A DNA stretch of 64,000 bases from Eledone cirrhosa (GCA_964016885.1 OZ024743.1:128712001-128776000), one strand, 5' to 3'. Positions 27,338 through 41,266 are shown, counted from the stretch's first letter. The notes: generated by a model from the sequence alone, not told the origin. Numbers and translations: made by a program.

Positions 27338-28010
27338 TTGTTGTCTCTGCGCATGCGTTTGTGTGTGTGTATCATGAAATAAATAAATAAAATAAAAATG
27401 GCGTAAACTCTACAATAAAATGGGAGGAAACATAATAGTACCACTGATATTTTGTAAAATAATTTTTATTTATAGAACAATTTTAAATATAGAATAATCT
27501 TTAATATAAAAAATAAATATAGAATCGCCATCCGAAAATTTAATTTACAAAAGTAAAAAGTCTCGATAAAACGTTATTCGGCGAATCGTTGCAGTTCTGT
27601 TGGTGACACCAACCGAATAATCTTCCAAATACGACTCCAAAACATTCCAAAGATGTGTAAAGGAGTTAGTTTTACCTGGAAAGCCAATATTTAACAATGT
27701 GCTATTCCAAGTATTAATATGCTACAGCAACCGCAGTTATCAAGACAGAAACTTTATTGCAAATGTTTTACTCACCAAATCAATATAAAATATCGTTATG
27801 GTATTTTACAGAAATATAAATAATATCTTGTATTTAACGGCAATCTATTCATTATTCTGGTGTTTAATTTAGAGATGAGACTTCATATTTGAAGATATTT
27901 CTAATAAAATCCCTATCTTTGTCATCTATTATAATTCTATTAACATCTAGAATGCTTTATTTGAGTTTAAAACGTTAATGTTTTGAATCTAGAGGCTCAT
28001 TAGTTCGGAG

Positions 28011-28150
28011 CTTTGGCAGAGTCGTCAGATAGAATGCTTTGTGGTACTCGTTTCGGTTCTCTGCTCTCTGAGTTTAAATCCCACCGAGGCCAACTTTGCC
28101 TTTTATCCATTCAGGTCAATAGAAAAAAGTACCAGTCAATTACTGGGGTC
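28011..28150 (+). mobile_element. tRNA-derived SINE, degenerate
   Basis: TGGCAGAGTCG A-box-like head, GAGTTTAAATCCC B-box-like motif, GAGGCCAACTTTGCCTTTTATCC core shared with other copies. Confidence 0.7.
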
Positions 28151-28684
28151 TTCCTCTATAGCTATTTTCCATTTCCATTCTCTCACTCTCTTTCCTTTCC
28201 TGGAAGAAACCTGTTGTATTCAGACCTGAAGACGATTGGGCTTCGCCAGGTTTAAAAATGGCCAAGAAGCACCGTATTTCAATGCGGTGCTTCTACGTCA
28301 CCCCCATAAGTTACGGGACCATAACATACATATAGTTCGGAGATTTCCCCGGTTTCATAGAGTGTTAAGCGACTGAAAAAAAAGATGTCCCCACCATACA
28401 CATACAAACACATACTGTGTGAAGATACTTTTTATGAATACTATTTATTTTTCCTTACATCGTTCCATGTTGGCATTTAAAAAAAAAATCAATAAATTGC
28501 TTTGTTGTTAAATATGCCTTTTCTAAAGTGACGATTTTTCTTAAAAGAGGAGTTTTCTTTTGATAAGCGAATTCGCTTGATCAGACACCGGTTGAGCGGG
28601 CGCTGTGAGCAATACAAGGTCAAACATTTAATAAAGCAATAAGGAAAACTAAATACAATGAAATAGGATTTTAAAAAGCACATT

Positions 28685-28722
28685 CGCCCAACGTGGAGCT
28701 CTACCGACTGAGCTAGCCGGGA
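28685..28722 (-). pseudogene. tRNA-Lys pseudogene with 35-nt internal deletion
   Basis: CGCCCAACGTGGAGCTC|TACCGACTGAGCTAGCCGGG; anticodon arm and most of the T arm are missing. Confidence 0.85.
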
Positions 28723-29637
28723 TGCTGAAACATCAGGCCAAATAATAAGTCATTCTGCTACAAATAGTAACCAATATCACGCAACTTTCACACTATCGCT
28801 TAAAAAATAGGGGAAGAGCTGTGGTCTTCGAATAAATTAGAGACCAAATAAACTACAGCGTTGTTTGAATTTAACACGGAAGAGCTGGAACAAATTATTT
28901 GCGGTATTTATTCGGGACTCAAATAATTCCACCAATCCGCTACTTCCGAACTAGTTTTAGCGACAGATTAGAGGTAAAGATGATCTCGGCGTGAGCTGAA
29001 CTTAGAACGTTGAGATCAGGAACAAAATCTGCGAGTGATTTTGTCTTATGCTCTGCCGACTGCCAATTCGCAACTTTAATGTCAATTTAGACCTGCGTAC
29101 TTTATTAACTTGTTATATAAATTAATTAAAATCCCATATATATATCTGACTTTTGACAAGTTTATTTATGGTTTCTACTAAAATTACTACGTTGCAGTTT
29201 TAGGACAATAGAATATTTACCAAATTGTGATTCTACGTTGATGTTTTGCTTTTTCCTTTGATCGTGGCGTGTGAGTCAAACATAGAATTGTTGCCACCAT
29301 AATATTTTAGTCGTAGACATTAGAATCACCTGAAGCAAGATTCAGCTTTTTTTCCACTATATTTGGAGGAAAGAGTTGTATCTATGACTATTGCAGGTTC
29401 TTCAGAGCGATAAGATTGATTCTGTGGATGTTTAGTTTACATTGCTGTAGGTTGACTCGTGAGGGCACACATACGCAGTGATGACCTTCGTTATTTCTTC
29501 CTTTTCACAACATTTGACGAGACTGACTATATTCAAACCGGTGACAGTGCGTATATGTGATTGTCAACCTACTAGAAATAGTAATATAAAGTAATACTGA
29601 ATACAATAATAAAATAAGATTTAAAAAAAAAAAGATT

Positions 29638-29710
29638 CGCCCAACATGGGGCTCGAACACACGACCCCGAGATTAAGAGTCTCGTGCTCTACCGACTGAG
29701 CTAGCCGGGC
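29638..29710 (-). tRNA. tRNA-Lys(CTT) variant (G52T, C65T in T stem)
   Basis: Reverse complement gives a 73-nt near-consensus tRNA; long T-run terminator on - strand. Confidence 0.8.
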
Positions 29711-31120
29711 GGCTGGACCACGAGATAAATAATAATCACTCATTCTGTAATAGAACTATTGGCTTTTTTCTTGTTTTTTTCGTGTGTGGTGGGGTGGTGG
29801 TGGTGGTGGTGGTGGGGGGGGGGGGGGTGCAGGTATTGTGAACTGAATCAAACCCCAAATAAGACACTTAAACGTTTTTCTTATTCAGATCGTTATAAAA
29901 TCCACTAACTATTTTATAAGAAAAGGGAGGCATAGGAATAACATAGTCAAAGATACGTTTTATCCTTAAGTTTTATCTGACAATTCTTTATATATATTAC
30001 TAATAGTTTCTGGTGAAATTTTCAGGTGCGAAGGGAGGCCAGTGTCATTTTTCAGAAGCCCGGAGGAGTGAGGAAGATATCTTCAAACTGGAGATCTGAA
30101 AGGCACCCAAGGTCTAGTTGGTGGTATCAAACAAGGTGACATATTAAGTCTTACCACTCAAATAAACTACAGCGTGGTTTGAATTCAACACGTAAAGAGC
30201 TGAATCAAATAATTTGCGGTATTTATTCGGCACTCAAATAATTCCACCAATCCGCTACTTCTGAACTAGTTTTATCGACACAGAACGAATAAGAGGTAAA
30301 GTTGATCTCGGCGTGAGCTGAACTCAGGGCGTTGAGATCAGGAACAAAACCCGCGAGTGATTTTGTCTTATGCTCTGCCGACTGCCAATTCGCAACTTTA
30401 ATGTCAATTTAGACCTGCGTATTTTATAAACTTGTTAAATAAATTAATTAAAATCCCATACAATATCTCACTTTTGACAAGCTTATTTATGGTTTCTGCT
30501 AAAATTACTACGGTTGCCGTTATTATTAGGACAATAGTATATTTACCAAATTGTGATTCTACGATCCATGTTTTGCTTTTGCATTTGACTCGTGATGTGT
30601 ATCTCAAACATAGAATTTTACTGGTAGCATAATATTTTAGTCGTAGGCATTAGAATCACATGAAGCAAGATTTAGCTTTTTTTTTTGTCCTAGATCTGGA
30701 GAAAGGAATTTTGTCTATGACTATTGCAGGTTCTTCAAGACTGATGAGATTGATTCTGTGGATGTTTGGTTACATTGCTGTAGGTTGACTCCTATAGGAC
30801 ACAGATGCGCAGTGCTGGCCTTCGTTATTTGTTCCTTTTTACAACACTTGACCAACCTGACAACATTCAAATCGGTGAGAGTGCGTATATGTGGTTGTAA
30901 CCTGCTAGAAATAGTAACCAAATATCACGCAACCTCCACACTATCGCTTAAAAAATAGGAGGAGTTGTAGTCTTCGATTAAATTAGAGACCAGTATTTGA
31001 TTCTTATAATATCGAAATTAAATGTTGCATGTGTTGTATTTCAGAGGGTTATATTTTGATATAAAGCAATAAGTAAAACTAAATACAATAAAATAAGATA
31101 AGATAATAAAAAAACGCATA

Positions 31121-31193
31121 CACCCAACGTGGGGCTCGACCCCACGAACCCGAGATTAAGAATCTCGTGCTCAACTGACTGAACTAGCCGCGC
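31121..31193 (-). pseudogene. tRNA-Lys(CTT) pseudogene
   Basis: Multiple substitutions including the T-loop (GGTCGA) and D arm. Confidence 0.85.
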
Positions 31194-32170
31194 TGCTAAA
31201 ACTGCCAGGCAAATAATAATTACTCATTCTATAATAGATTTATTGTTGTTGTTGTTGTTTTGTGTGTAAGTATTGAAAACTGAATCAAACCTTCAAGTAA
31301 GACACTTAAATGTGTTTCTCATTCGGATCGTTATAAAGTCCACTAATTGTTTTATATATTTTACACTTATGTTTTATCTGACAAGTCATTATATATATAT
31401 TAGTAATAGCCTCTGCTGAGCCATTTGGATGGCCACCTGGTCTACTGAATTAGAATCAAGTTGCGAGACTTTCGTTATGTTGGCAGGTTTTTTTTTTTGG
31501 GAGGGGGGGGGGTGGGGGGGGGGGGGCGGGGGGGGGGGGGGTCGTTGTCTTTTTTTTTTTTTTACGCATTGAAAAAAAATACGAAGCGCATTCTTTATTT
31601 CAAAAACTGTTTGGCGCTGACTCTGTCTTTCATAAGATCAATAGAGTAAATACTAAATTATAAAGTTTTCTTTTGTTATGTGGACAAAAACTCAGCCCCC
31701 TCACTCGGCAAACTCGCGATCTAATCATTCGATGACATACGTCTATGAAGCCACGCGGTTATCTGCACTTTCTAACAGAAACTACTAATATATATTCTAA
31801 ACATTTTCGAAAGTGAGATATTTGATGGTATTTGAATAAAATACCTCGAATCTTGTAATCAGATGTTCACCCCCCCCCCCCCCCCCGCCAACATTACACG
31901 TTATTCCATAGCTTTGTGTTTAAGTTAGATATCAATAATATTATGATTCGATATAATCAAGATTATATGTTGGGGAAATAAACTAACTGCATGCACAGCC
32001 GCATTGTTGAGAAGCTTGTTTCATAATCACGTGGTTGCGGGTTAGATCCCACTGAGTAGAACTTTGGGCAAGTGTCTTCTGTTGTAACCTCAAGGAGATC
32101 ATTGTCTTGTCAGTAAAAGTGAAAATTCGTTATATATGTATGTACGTGTGCATGTATGTGTGTATGTATG

Positions 32171-32370
32171 NNNNNNNNNNNNNNNNNNNNNNNNNNNNNN
32201 NNNNNNNNNNNNNNNNNNNNNNNNNNNNNNNNNNNNNNNNNNNNNNNNNNNNNNNNNNNNNNNNNNNNNNNNNNNNNNNNNNNNNNNNNNNNNNNNNNNN
32301 NNNNNNNNNNNNNNNNNNNNNNNNNNNNNNNNNNNNNNNNNNNNNNNNNNNNNNNNNNNNNNNNNNNNNN
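32171..32370. other. Assembly gap (200 N)
   Basis: Run of n. Confidence 1.
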
Positions 32371-32885
32371 TTTCATCCTCAGTGTATACTGATTAATGTT
32401 CAGAGCCATCCTCAGCATTCTCGTGTAGCACCCATCCACCATCTGAGTGAGTTTCTTGGTCAGTGTCCAAGTCTCAGACCCGTACAGCAGCACAGACTCC
32501 ACTACAGCAATGAAGAGGCTGATCTTCCTGTCTTTACGAAGGTCCGACTTCCACACCGATCTCAAGCTGTGGCACGCCGCCCAGGCTTTGCTCTTCCTCT
32601 CAACCACATCATCTTCCGTATTCCCAATCTTTGCTCCCAAATACAGGAAGTCCTCAACCAATTCTAGCGGCTTCCCGCCTACATTAGTAATCCCCTCTGA
32701 CTTCTCAACATTCTCTACCAGATAATTTGTCTTAGTCTCATTCATTCTCAGCCCCACACTCATCGACACAGTCTCAAATCTCCTGCATCAAATCCTCTGC
32801 CTCCTTCACTGTGTTTGTCACCAAAACTATGTCGTCGGCAAATTCAGCATCCGATATCTTTTTCGCCTTAACTCTCCTGCTCTGA
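32371..32885 (-). mobile_element. RTE-like LINE reverse transcriptase C-terminal fragment
   Basis: EFADD motif near 32830-32845; FLYLG, ESVLLYGSETWTLTK and DGCYTRMLRMALNI in ORF 32110-32769. Confidence 0.85.
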
Positions 32886-33303
32886 ACCAGTAAAGCCAGA
32901 GTCCTGGTGTTTCTCCTGGGTATGACATTAAACCACATCCAGTGGCAAGGCTCCAGTTCGGGAGTTCAGGAGCTGTGGGGAATGTGAACTTACCCCTTAG
33001 CTGTCAAAACTCCCAGGTCTGCTCTGGTCCGGAGTAGTAGTACTTGTTAGGGCCCCATTTATGGGTTAAATAATTACCTTATTCGACTGGTGCCGGTAAG
33101 GTATTGTCAGCCATTGAAAAGAAAGATATATATATATATATATATAATAAAAAGTTAGCGCTCTACATGGCTGAATAAAATAAATGTAATCTGAGTTTTT
33201 CGAATATTAATAATAATATTCGATTCGTTTGCAATTATGCAAACAGCCTCTTTTAAGCCATATCAGTAGAATGAGCCCCTCATTCTTGCTCTTGTGTTGG
33301 CAT

Positions 33304-33370
33304 GTAAACAGAACTGCAGACACTAGTGTTTCTGGGTGATTACCCGTCATCAGTGCAGTTTACTGTTTAC
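33304..33370 (-). ncRNA. Type I hammerhead ribozyme with palindromic stem III and GUC cleavage site
   Basis: Minus strand: GTAAACAG-ta-AACTGCA-CTGATGA-cGGGT-aatc-ACCCa-GAAA-CACTAGTG-TC-TGCAGTT-CTGTTTAC. Confidence 0.9.
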
Positions 33371-34179
33371 CTGCCAACTTTCAAATCTCACAATCATTAG
33401 ATATTGGGTTCAAACCCAATACGGAGAATCTTGATCAAGTGTCATTTACTATAGATTGTGTGAAAGGGTCAGCCTTGTTACTGTGTCTGAATTCCCCTAC
33501 GAATTACGTTAAAGGAACGCGCGTCTGTGAAATGCTCAGTCACATACAAGTTGATTTCATATGCGGTAGTTACTGCAGCTCCACCGATTATATGAAATTC
33601 TTTGTTTATTTTGTTTGTCACTTAGTCAGGAGGGAAGAACAATTCCTATGAGACATTTCAGGGTCACCGAGACTGGTAAAAATGAGGAAGGATAATATCG
33701 TCACACTGCAGACCGGACCCGAATACTTGCAACAGAGTGAAATATGTTATAGACACACAGGAGTCAAGTGGTGGAAGATGCTAAACTGAACGACGAATTA
33801 ATCCTACCACCCAAGTAGGTCAAGTCAGGATTTGAATTCAGAACACGAAGAGCCGGAACAAATACAGGAATTCATCCTGTTTAATTCTTTAACGATTCAG
33901 CCAGTCCACTGCTCATGACTAGCACTTTACCAACGTCAGAAGGATGAATGGTAAAATTAACATCAGCAGGATTTGAACTCAGAAAGCAAGAAGCCAAATA
34001 AACAACGCAGAATATTTCGTCCGGCGTTCTAACGCTCCTGCCAATTTCCCACTTTATAATTTAGTTACGGCTGCCAAGCACAGCAGACCTGCCAACCATT
34101 AAAAAACCCAGACGGGAAGTACCATGAAAAAAAGTGCTCCAAAACGGGGAGAAATGAGGCAAAATGGGGAGATTTTACA

Positions 34180-34370
34180 TAATTGTTTCTACTTTTGGTA
34201 CAAGACCAGCAATTATCCCAGTGCATTACTGGTACTTTATTTTATCGACCCCCATAAGGATGAAAGGCAAAGTTAACCTCGGCGGGATTTGAACTCAGAC
34301 TGAAAATGGACATAACTCTATGCTGCAAAGCATGGCGTCCGACTCTCTACTGATACTGCCAATCCACCGT
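34180..34370 (-). mobile_element. tRNA-derived SINE (cephalopod-type); further copies at ~34840-35025, ~41790-41930, ~49110-49290, ~52080-52240, ~53940-54130 (-) and ~58200-58330 (+)
   Basis: Shared core GAGTTCAAATCCCGCCGAGGTTAACTTTGCCTTTCATCCTTACGGGGTCGATAAAATAAAGTACCAG with A/B-box-like head. Confidence 0.85.
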
Positions 34371-35721
34371 ACCCATTTTCACTAGAGAAGACATCTCTCA
34401 CCCACCTCAATGTGAATGGGAGATCTCCCCGTCGGACGGGGAGAGTTGACAGGTCTGGCACACTGCAAGAGCTAATGAGCGTGTAAAGCGCAAAAACAAG
34501 TTCATATCGATGCAAGAAAATGTTCGGTTTGAAAGTTGTGCGAGACTTATGGTAGTGGTTCATCAACTGTGTACAACATAAAGTAGATGTAAGCAAGGCT
34601 GAGTGGTTAAAAAGCTCGCTTTACAATCACGAGTTCTCGAATTCGATCCGACAGCGCGTTATCTTGTGCAAGTGTCATTTATCATACCTTTGGGTTACCC
34701 TTGTGAGTAAAATTGGATAGACGAGAACTATGTAGAAGCCCGTCGGATAGATTGTAATTGTGATTCAAAGGTCCGGCTTTGTCGTGAGAATTACGTTAAA
34801 ACACACGTGTCCATGGAATACTCAACCACTTAAATATAATTGTTTCTACATTTGGCACAAGGCCAGCAATTATCAGTGCATTACTGGTACTTTATTTTAT
34901 CGACCCTGTAAGGATGAAAGGCAAAGTTAACCTCGGCGGGATTTGTACTCAGATCATAAAGGGACGTACCTCTATGCTTCAAAGCATGGCGTCCGACTCT
35001 CTACCGATACTGCCAATTCACCGCCCTTAAATATAATACCTGGTGGACATTACCTGTAATTCACAGGGTCAGTCTTGAATCATATGTCACGATGAATCTC
35101 CCTGAGAATTATGTTAAGGGTCCACATGCCTGTGGAATACTCGATTACTTACACTATAATACAATATTAATTGTAACTGTAAAGGTCAGGCGTGTCACAT
35201 GCGTCACATTGGACCTCTATAACAATGTTAAGGACACACCTAGGAATTATATGAAGGCTACATAGTTCTATGCAATACTCATCCACTTACACGTTGGAAA
35301 TTCAGTTGATCGAACAACTGAATGCTCGTCGTTGAAATCGACGGAGAACCCACTATTTCTGGGGTAACTATTTCAACCCTTTCCATGACCCCTTCCTTTA
35401 AAAATAAGTTTATATTTGTTTTATTCTCAGTCGCTTCTTTTCTTTCATCCAGTTAACTTGAGAAGGAAGAAGAAAACAAAGTCATAACCCCCCCCCCCCA
35501 CACACACACACATAAACACACATAAACACACTGCACATGTCACACAAATACACTCACTATACACAACACACTTACACGCAAACACAAACGCTCAGCACAC
35601 AAACACACGCACACCACAGAAACACTGCACGCATCACACACATACACTATAGACACACGCACGCCACACAAACACACACGTACATCACACAAACAAACTG
35701 CACACGTCACACAAACACACC

Positions 35722-35808
<87 letters not shown>

Positions 35809-36046
35809 TACATACACACAGAAATAAAACGAAAACACGTTGAATATCCAACGCAGCTTCTTTTATCACAAGGGGTCCCTTTAAGTAGTGACATTTGGGT
35901 ACACGGTTCCAAATCATCCATCATTTATAGGGAGCAGCACCCTTCAAAATTCCCTTTTACTACCTAATTTTACACAACATATGAAATAGATAATAAAAAG
36001 GTTTGTAAAAAAAAAAACGTAACATACAAGAAAGGTGAAAAACAAC

Positions 36047-36088
<42 letters not shown>

Positions 36089-36212
36089 TCTGTGTGTGAG
36101 GAAGTGTATGTCGGAGTATGTGTGTATGTGTATATGAAAGCGTGAAAAGGAAAAACAGACAAACAGACAGACAGATAAATAGATAGATAGACAGATAGAT
36201 AGATAGATAGAT

Positions 36213-37126
36213 TTCTTTATAGATAGATTTCTTTATTTGCCACAAGGGCGCACAAGAAAAGGGGACAATACAAAGACATGCCGGGGATTTTACATAAAGT
36301 CGTGTAAAAAATAGAAAACAAACAATTATAACAATCGAAATCCCCAATAGGGGGGAAACGCCACAAATGGGTTGTTTAATACCCCGTCGATAGAACAACC
36401 CTCAACTTCAGGAGCGTGTTGTGCAAGTGCTCCTTTCTTCCTTTTTTTCTCTTCCTTAACCTACAGGCTTATAAACAGAGAAGGCCCAATCACTCGGGCC
36501 ATTTTTGCAACATTCACCCACCTTTCAGTAAATTTACTGGGGTGCAGTGCCTCTCTCTCCACTCTGATTCTCCTTCTAAAGTGATACTTAAAGAAGGGAA
36601 TCAATTGTTGTCCGGATAGAAAGGCATCTGTCCTCAGTCCTCTCAATCACGTCCACCATATAACTTCTTTCACTATAGCTACTGTACAGAGGAAAACCGC
36701 TTCTCTTTCGTTTTTGAAAGAGGCTGGCGGTTTGATCCTTACTATGGACTCGGCAGTCAACTGGATTTGTCCCATACGCGACAGCAGTTGTTCTGCATAG
36801 TTCCACAGGTCGGTTACGCCCGGACAGTGTACAATTGCGTGCAGGACGGTTTTAATGTCCTGCGCGCATCTTGGACACGTCCTCTTGGAAGGATCCCTAC
36901 CGGGGCGGCCGTGCCTGTAGATCTTGTCACGAACTGGTAGAGCTCCTCGGTAGCACTGCCAGGCCAGGGACCTCTCGAAGTTGTCTATAGGTCCCGGGTG
37001 GAAAGTCCTACCAAACAGACTGGTGAGCTCATTGTCTTCGACGCCCAGAGTCTCTCCGAGCATGTCGTCGCTCTTGTAACGTACAATCCCTCTATAGAAT
37101 GTCGAAGTGGAGTCTCCACTGATTGC
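36213..37126 (-). mobile_element. 5'-truncated Tx1/L1-clade LINE 3' end (zf-RVT region) inserted in (GATA)n
   Basis: WQCYRGALPVRD...CPRC...TVLHAIVHC motif in ORF 36647-37231; (GATA)n on both flanks. Confidence 0.8.
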
Positions 37127-37176
<50 letters not shown>

Positions 37177-37238
37177 CATACATACATATATACATACATA
37201 CATACATACATACATACATACATACATACATACATACA

Positions 37239-37655
37239 TCAGATTTATGCCTGTGATTATTGGGGCACTAGGATATGTTTGTAACTGCCTCAATACAAAT
37301 CTTGAGAAGCTAGGCTTCACAAGAACAGAAAGAACACAACTAGTTAGGAAATTACAAGTACAATCCATTAATGGAACAGTAAAAATATATAAAACATTCC
37401 AAAAATGTTGCATCTAATAACTGCATATACACATGTACAGATACAAAACATATACACATGCACACATACAACTCAAAACATACACATCCACACATACAAT
37501 AACATCCATATCTACACATGCATGCATACATACATATCTACCTAGTTGATGTTGTGTAAATTCCAATGAGAGAGTCTTGTGTCTATGTTAGAAACCGACT
37601 CTCTCTCTATTGGTAAAACTGTGAAATTATAAAACCAGAAGAACATACATACATA
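37239..37655 (+). mobile_element. 5'-truncated copy of the R4/Dong-like LINE (C-terminus plus 3' UTR)
   Basis: Reverse complement of ~38230-38645; encodes RFMPVIIGALGYV..LEKLGF; flanked by (CATA)n. Confidence 0.85.
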
Positions 37656-38229
37656 CAGAGAGAAAGTGGGAGAGTAAATATGAACACTTCGCCCAATCGT
37701 CCCCATATTGTTTTTAAGTAACATTACAACGTTGTTTTAGATGTGATATTTCTTGTTTGTATTTATCCTGTTATTTCTGCTTTTTTTTTTCTTTCCCAGA
37801 GAAATATATATATATATATATATATATGGAGAATGCCCTATACCCTACACACACACATACACATATATTTAAACATATATACTAAGAGGGACTGCCGTTG
37901 GGACTATACTTTACATCTGTGTATGTGAGTGTGTGTGAATATATATATATCCTCACGGTGTTTTAATTAGGTAGAGAATTGTATATCTTCAGTTCTTTCG
38001 AGAGATATTTTAGCTACGGAATTCTTTAACAACATTTTTCACAGTTGGGTTGCCATTTTATTTCTCGTCGGCGACCAGTATTTCATTTTATGCTCCTTCT
38101 CTTGTTTCTTCGTCTTGATTTTTTGTTTCGTTTATTTTTTCTCTACAAACATATCAGGACAACAAAACAAATAATGTGTGTGTATGTGTGTGTGTGTGCA
38201 TATTTATTTGTTTGAGTGGGTGTGTCTAC

Positions 38230-40700
38230 GTATGTATGTATGTTCTTCTGGTTTTATAATTTCACAAATTTTACCAATAGAGAGAGAGTCGGTTTCTAAC
38301 ATAGACACAAGACTCTCATTTGAATTTACACAACATCAACTAGGTAGATATGTATGTATGCATGCATGTGTAGATATGGATGTTATTGTATGTGTGGATG
38401 TGTATGTTTTGAGTTGTATGTGTGCATGTGTATATGCTTTGCATCTGTACATGTGTATATGCAGTTATTAGATGCAAAATGTTTGGAATGTTTTACATAT
38501 TTTTACTGTTCCATTAATGGATTGTACTTGTAATTTCCTAACTAGTTGTGTTCTTTCTGTTCCTGTGAAACCTAGCTTCTCAAGATTTGTATTGAGGCAG
38601 TTACTAACATACCCCAGTGCCCCAATAATCACAGGCATAAATCTGAAGGCGTAATCAGGGTGGAGTATCTGCAGATTTCTCATTAGATCTGCATAAATAT
38701 TCTCCTTTTCACTAATCTTTGATATTATATTGGCATCTGCTGGGCAGCTAATTTCCACTACTGTGCATGCTTTCTTCTCTCTCTCCCATATCATAATATC
38801 TGGTCTGTTATGCCTGCATTTTATTGGGGTTTTTACTGGAACATTCCACCAGTACTCTTTCATATTATGTACATGGATGTCTTCCACATTGCTGTAGCTT
38901 CTAATGTGTTTATTATCGGCGCTATCTTTTTTACAAACTGCATTGTACAGTGTTTTGGCCACTACATCATGCCTCATAGGTATATAGTACCGCGATGACA
39001 TCTTTGGACAGCTGCTGATGACATGGGTGATATCCTCGATGTTAGTTCTGCAGAGTCTGCACTTGTTATCACATCTAGGTGTTTTGCCTGCATCCCTATC
39101 TCTTTTGTGAATCAGGTATTTCGTGTTAATCTCCTGTTCTTGGATTGCAAAAGCGTATCCTTCAAAGTGGGAGCCAATATAGCGGTTGTTTGTCCAAGAT
39201 GGAGTGCTTTCATTACCTATATTACTCTCACTCTGGAGCTTCCTGGCAACATATCCATGCATGATTTTTTGCTGATAAGTATGTAGTTTTTCATCCATGG
39301 ATTCACTGCGATACTGCCGAGCGACTTCCCTGGGTGTGAGATTTTGATTATCACACAGGGAATATCTCTCAAAGAGTTCCTTCCCAACTCTCATGATCTT
39401 ATCTGTTTCATGCAGATAGACTTGTTCGAGAAACGAACTCTTACGCTTCGAGGGTCGTAGATGTTGTCGGAGAGATATGATGCGACATTCAAATGTTGTC
39501 TGGACTGATGTCAGGCCTCTGCCTCCCTGCTTACGTTTCAAGTAAAGGCGGTCTGTATCACTGTTGATGTGGAAGTTTCCGGTGTTGTTTAGTATTTTTC
39601 GAGTTCCAACATTAACTGCTCGGATTTCGTCTATCGTCCAATTGAGTATTCCAAACGTTGGTGTTAGGACAGGCACAGCAAACACATTGTGAGCCACTGT
39701 TTTGTTTTGCGCAGAGAGTTCCGATGATCAGATCTTTCTTAATCGAGTGTAGTATTCCCTGGTTACGCGTTCTTTATTACAGATACCATTATAGGATATG
39801 TTCTCATCTATCCCCAGGTATCTGTAGCAGTCCTCATCAGATATAGGTAAAACAGTTAGGCCATTGATGACAATGTTTCTAGATTGGGTTGTTGTTTTTC
39901 CCCGCTTTACAGTCATGTATGGGCATTTATCTTGACCAAACTCCATTCCTATATCCTTTGAGAAGGTTGTAACCAGGTCAAGATTTTTCTTCATCCCATC
40001 CATGTTCTTGGCATAGAGTTTCAGATCGTCCACCACAAAGAAATTATGGGTTAGGTTCGTATTTCTGTCCTCCTGTGAGCCAATGATGTATCCCTCACAT
40101 TTCTTGAGCAGAAAGGACAAGGGGTTTAATGACAAGTTGAATAATATTACAGAGAGACTGTCCCCTTGAAATATACCCCTACAATATTTTATTTTATCAG
40201 TGAAAATAGAATCCTCCCTCTCTGTCTTTAACCTTAGGATAGTAGCCCAAGAAGAAGACAGCCTCTCTATGGCTCTGACAATAATGTCTGGGACTTTAGC
40301 AAGTTGGAGGGCCTCTATCATCCAAGAATGGGGAACAGAATCGAAAGCTTTCCTATAGTCCAGCCAGACTGAAGCCATATTCCTCCTAAGTTGTCGCACC
40401 TCCGACATCGCAGTTTTGTTGATTAGGAGTTGTTCAGCACATCCCCAAACCCTTTTCTTTCCAGCTGCTTGTTAATCTGTGATGATGTTATTATTTTCAC
40501 AGTGATCTTGGAGGAAGAGGTTCAGGCAGGCTGTATACATCTTATACATCAGGTTCTGGCATGCAATGGGTCGGTAGTTTTTTGCCTAGTGGGTGTCTTT
40601 GTTCTTGGGACCAGTAATGTTTGTGCTAATGGTAAAGGTCAGTAAGATACCTCCGATAGAATATCAGTTTTTTGTACCAGTAGCCGACAATCATATCTCT
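38230..40700 (-). mobile_element. R4/Dong-clade non-LTR retrotransposon (RT plus restriction-like endonuclease), 5'-truncated and frameshifted
   Basis: RT motifs WLDYRKAFDSVPH, GIFQGDSLS, VDDLKLY, YRYLG (39728-40408); CRLC..HVISSC zinc knuckle, RHD, RPD..E RLE motifs (38468-39697); (CATA)n tail. Confidence 0.9.
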
Positions 40701-40819
40701 TCCTGGTGTTTTCTGGTACAAGTTCAACTTCAGGCGGATCTCGTCTTCCTCGGACCAACACCGTCTCGCCTGCCTACACCCCGCCCCCTCGCAACCAAAC
40801 AGTCGAGCTTGGCTCAGTT

Positions 40820-41266
40820 AAGTGCCTTTCTCATCAACCGATACTCTTCTTCATGAGGAGGGCAACTGCATTGGTGTGGAACAGTGCCATAGCCTCCGTA
40901 TGTGGAGCAGTGGTCGACGACTCCGGTCTACATCCCTTATCTTGCCGCCTTGGTGCAGGTCGGCTCTTCCATCACGCCACTCTGAACGATATCTTCAGAA
41001 AGAGCTTCCACGCAACCGTTTTCCTGTCACTGTTGGAACTGGCTGACCTCAACCGCGGCGATGGCAAGTGCACCGACGGATTAAACCTCTTCCTTTTCGA
41101 GGAGAAAGCGACGTGTAGCGACACGTTCACTGCCTCTAACCTTGTTGCTTCCGCCACAAGCCCGGGCTCCACTGCCCTCAATGTGGAGGAGAGGAAGACC
41201 TCTGGCATCCTTGGTCTCCGCACTGCTAATTTACCCCCATTAAGTCGAAAAGACAGATGTCTCTAG
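40820..41266 (+). mobile_element. CRE-clade LINE C-terminal RLE fragment, decayed
   Basis: CG..D..G.H.LSC..GAGR..HH..LND, RGDGK..DG and ATC.DT motifs typical of CRE-like endonuclease domains. Confidence 0.7.

Larger units (their letters stand above)
28640..31400 (-). repeat. Inverted, diverged relict of the tRNA-Lys array (three units; 1483-bp spacing between the last two)
   Basis: Reverse complement aligns to array-unit spacer motifs (GCCGAGATCAACTTTACCTC, GAAGATATCTTCCTC, GAAGGCCAGCACTGCGCA). Confidence 0.9.
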
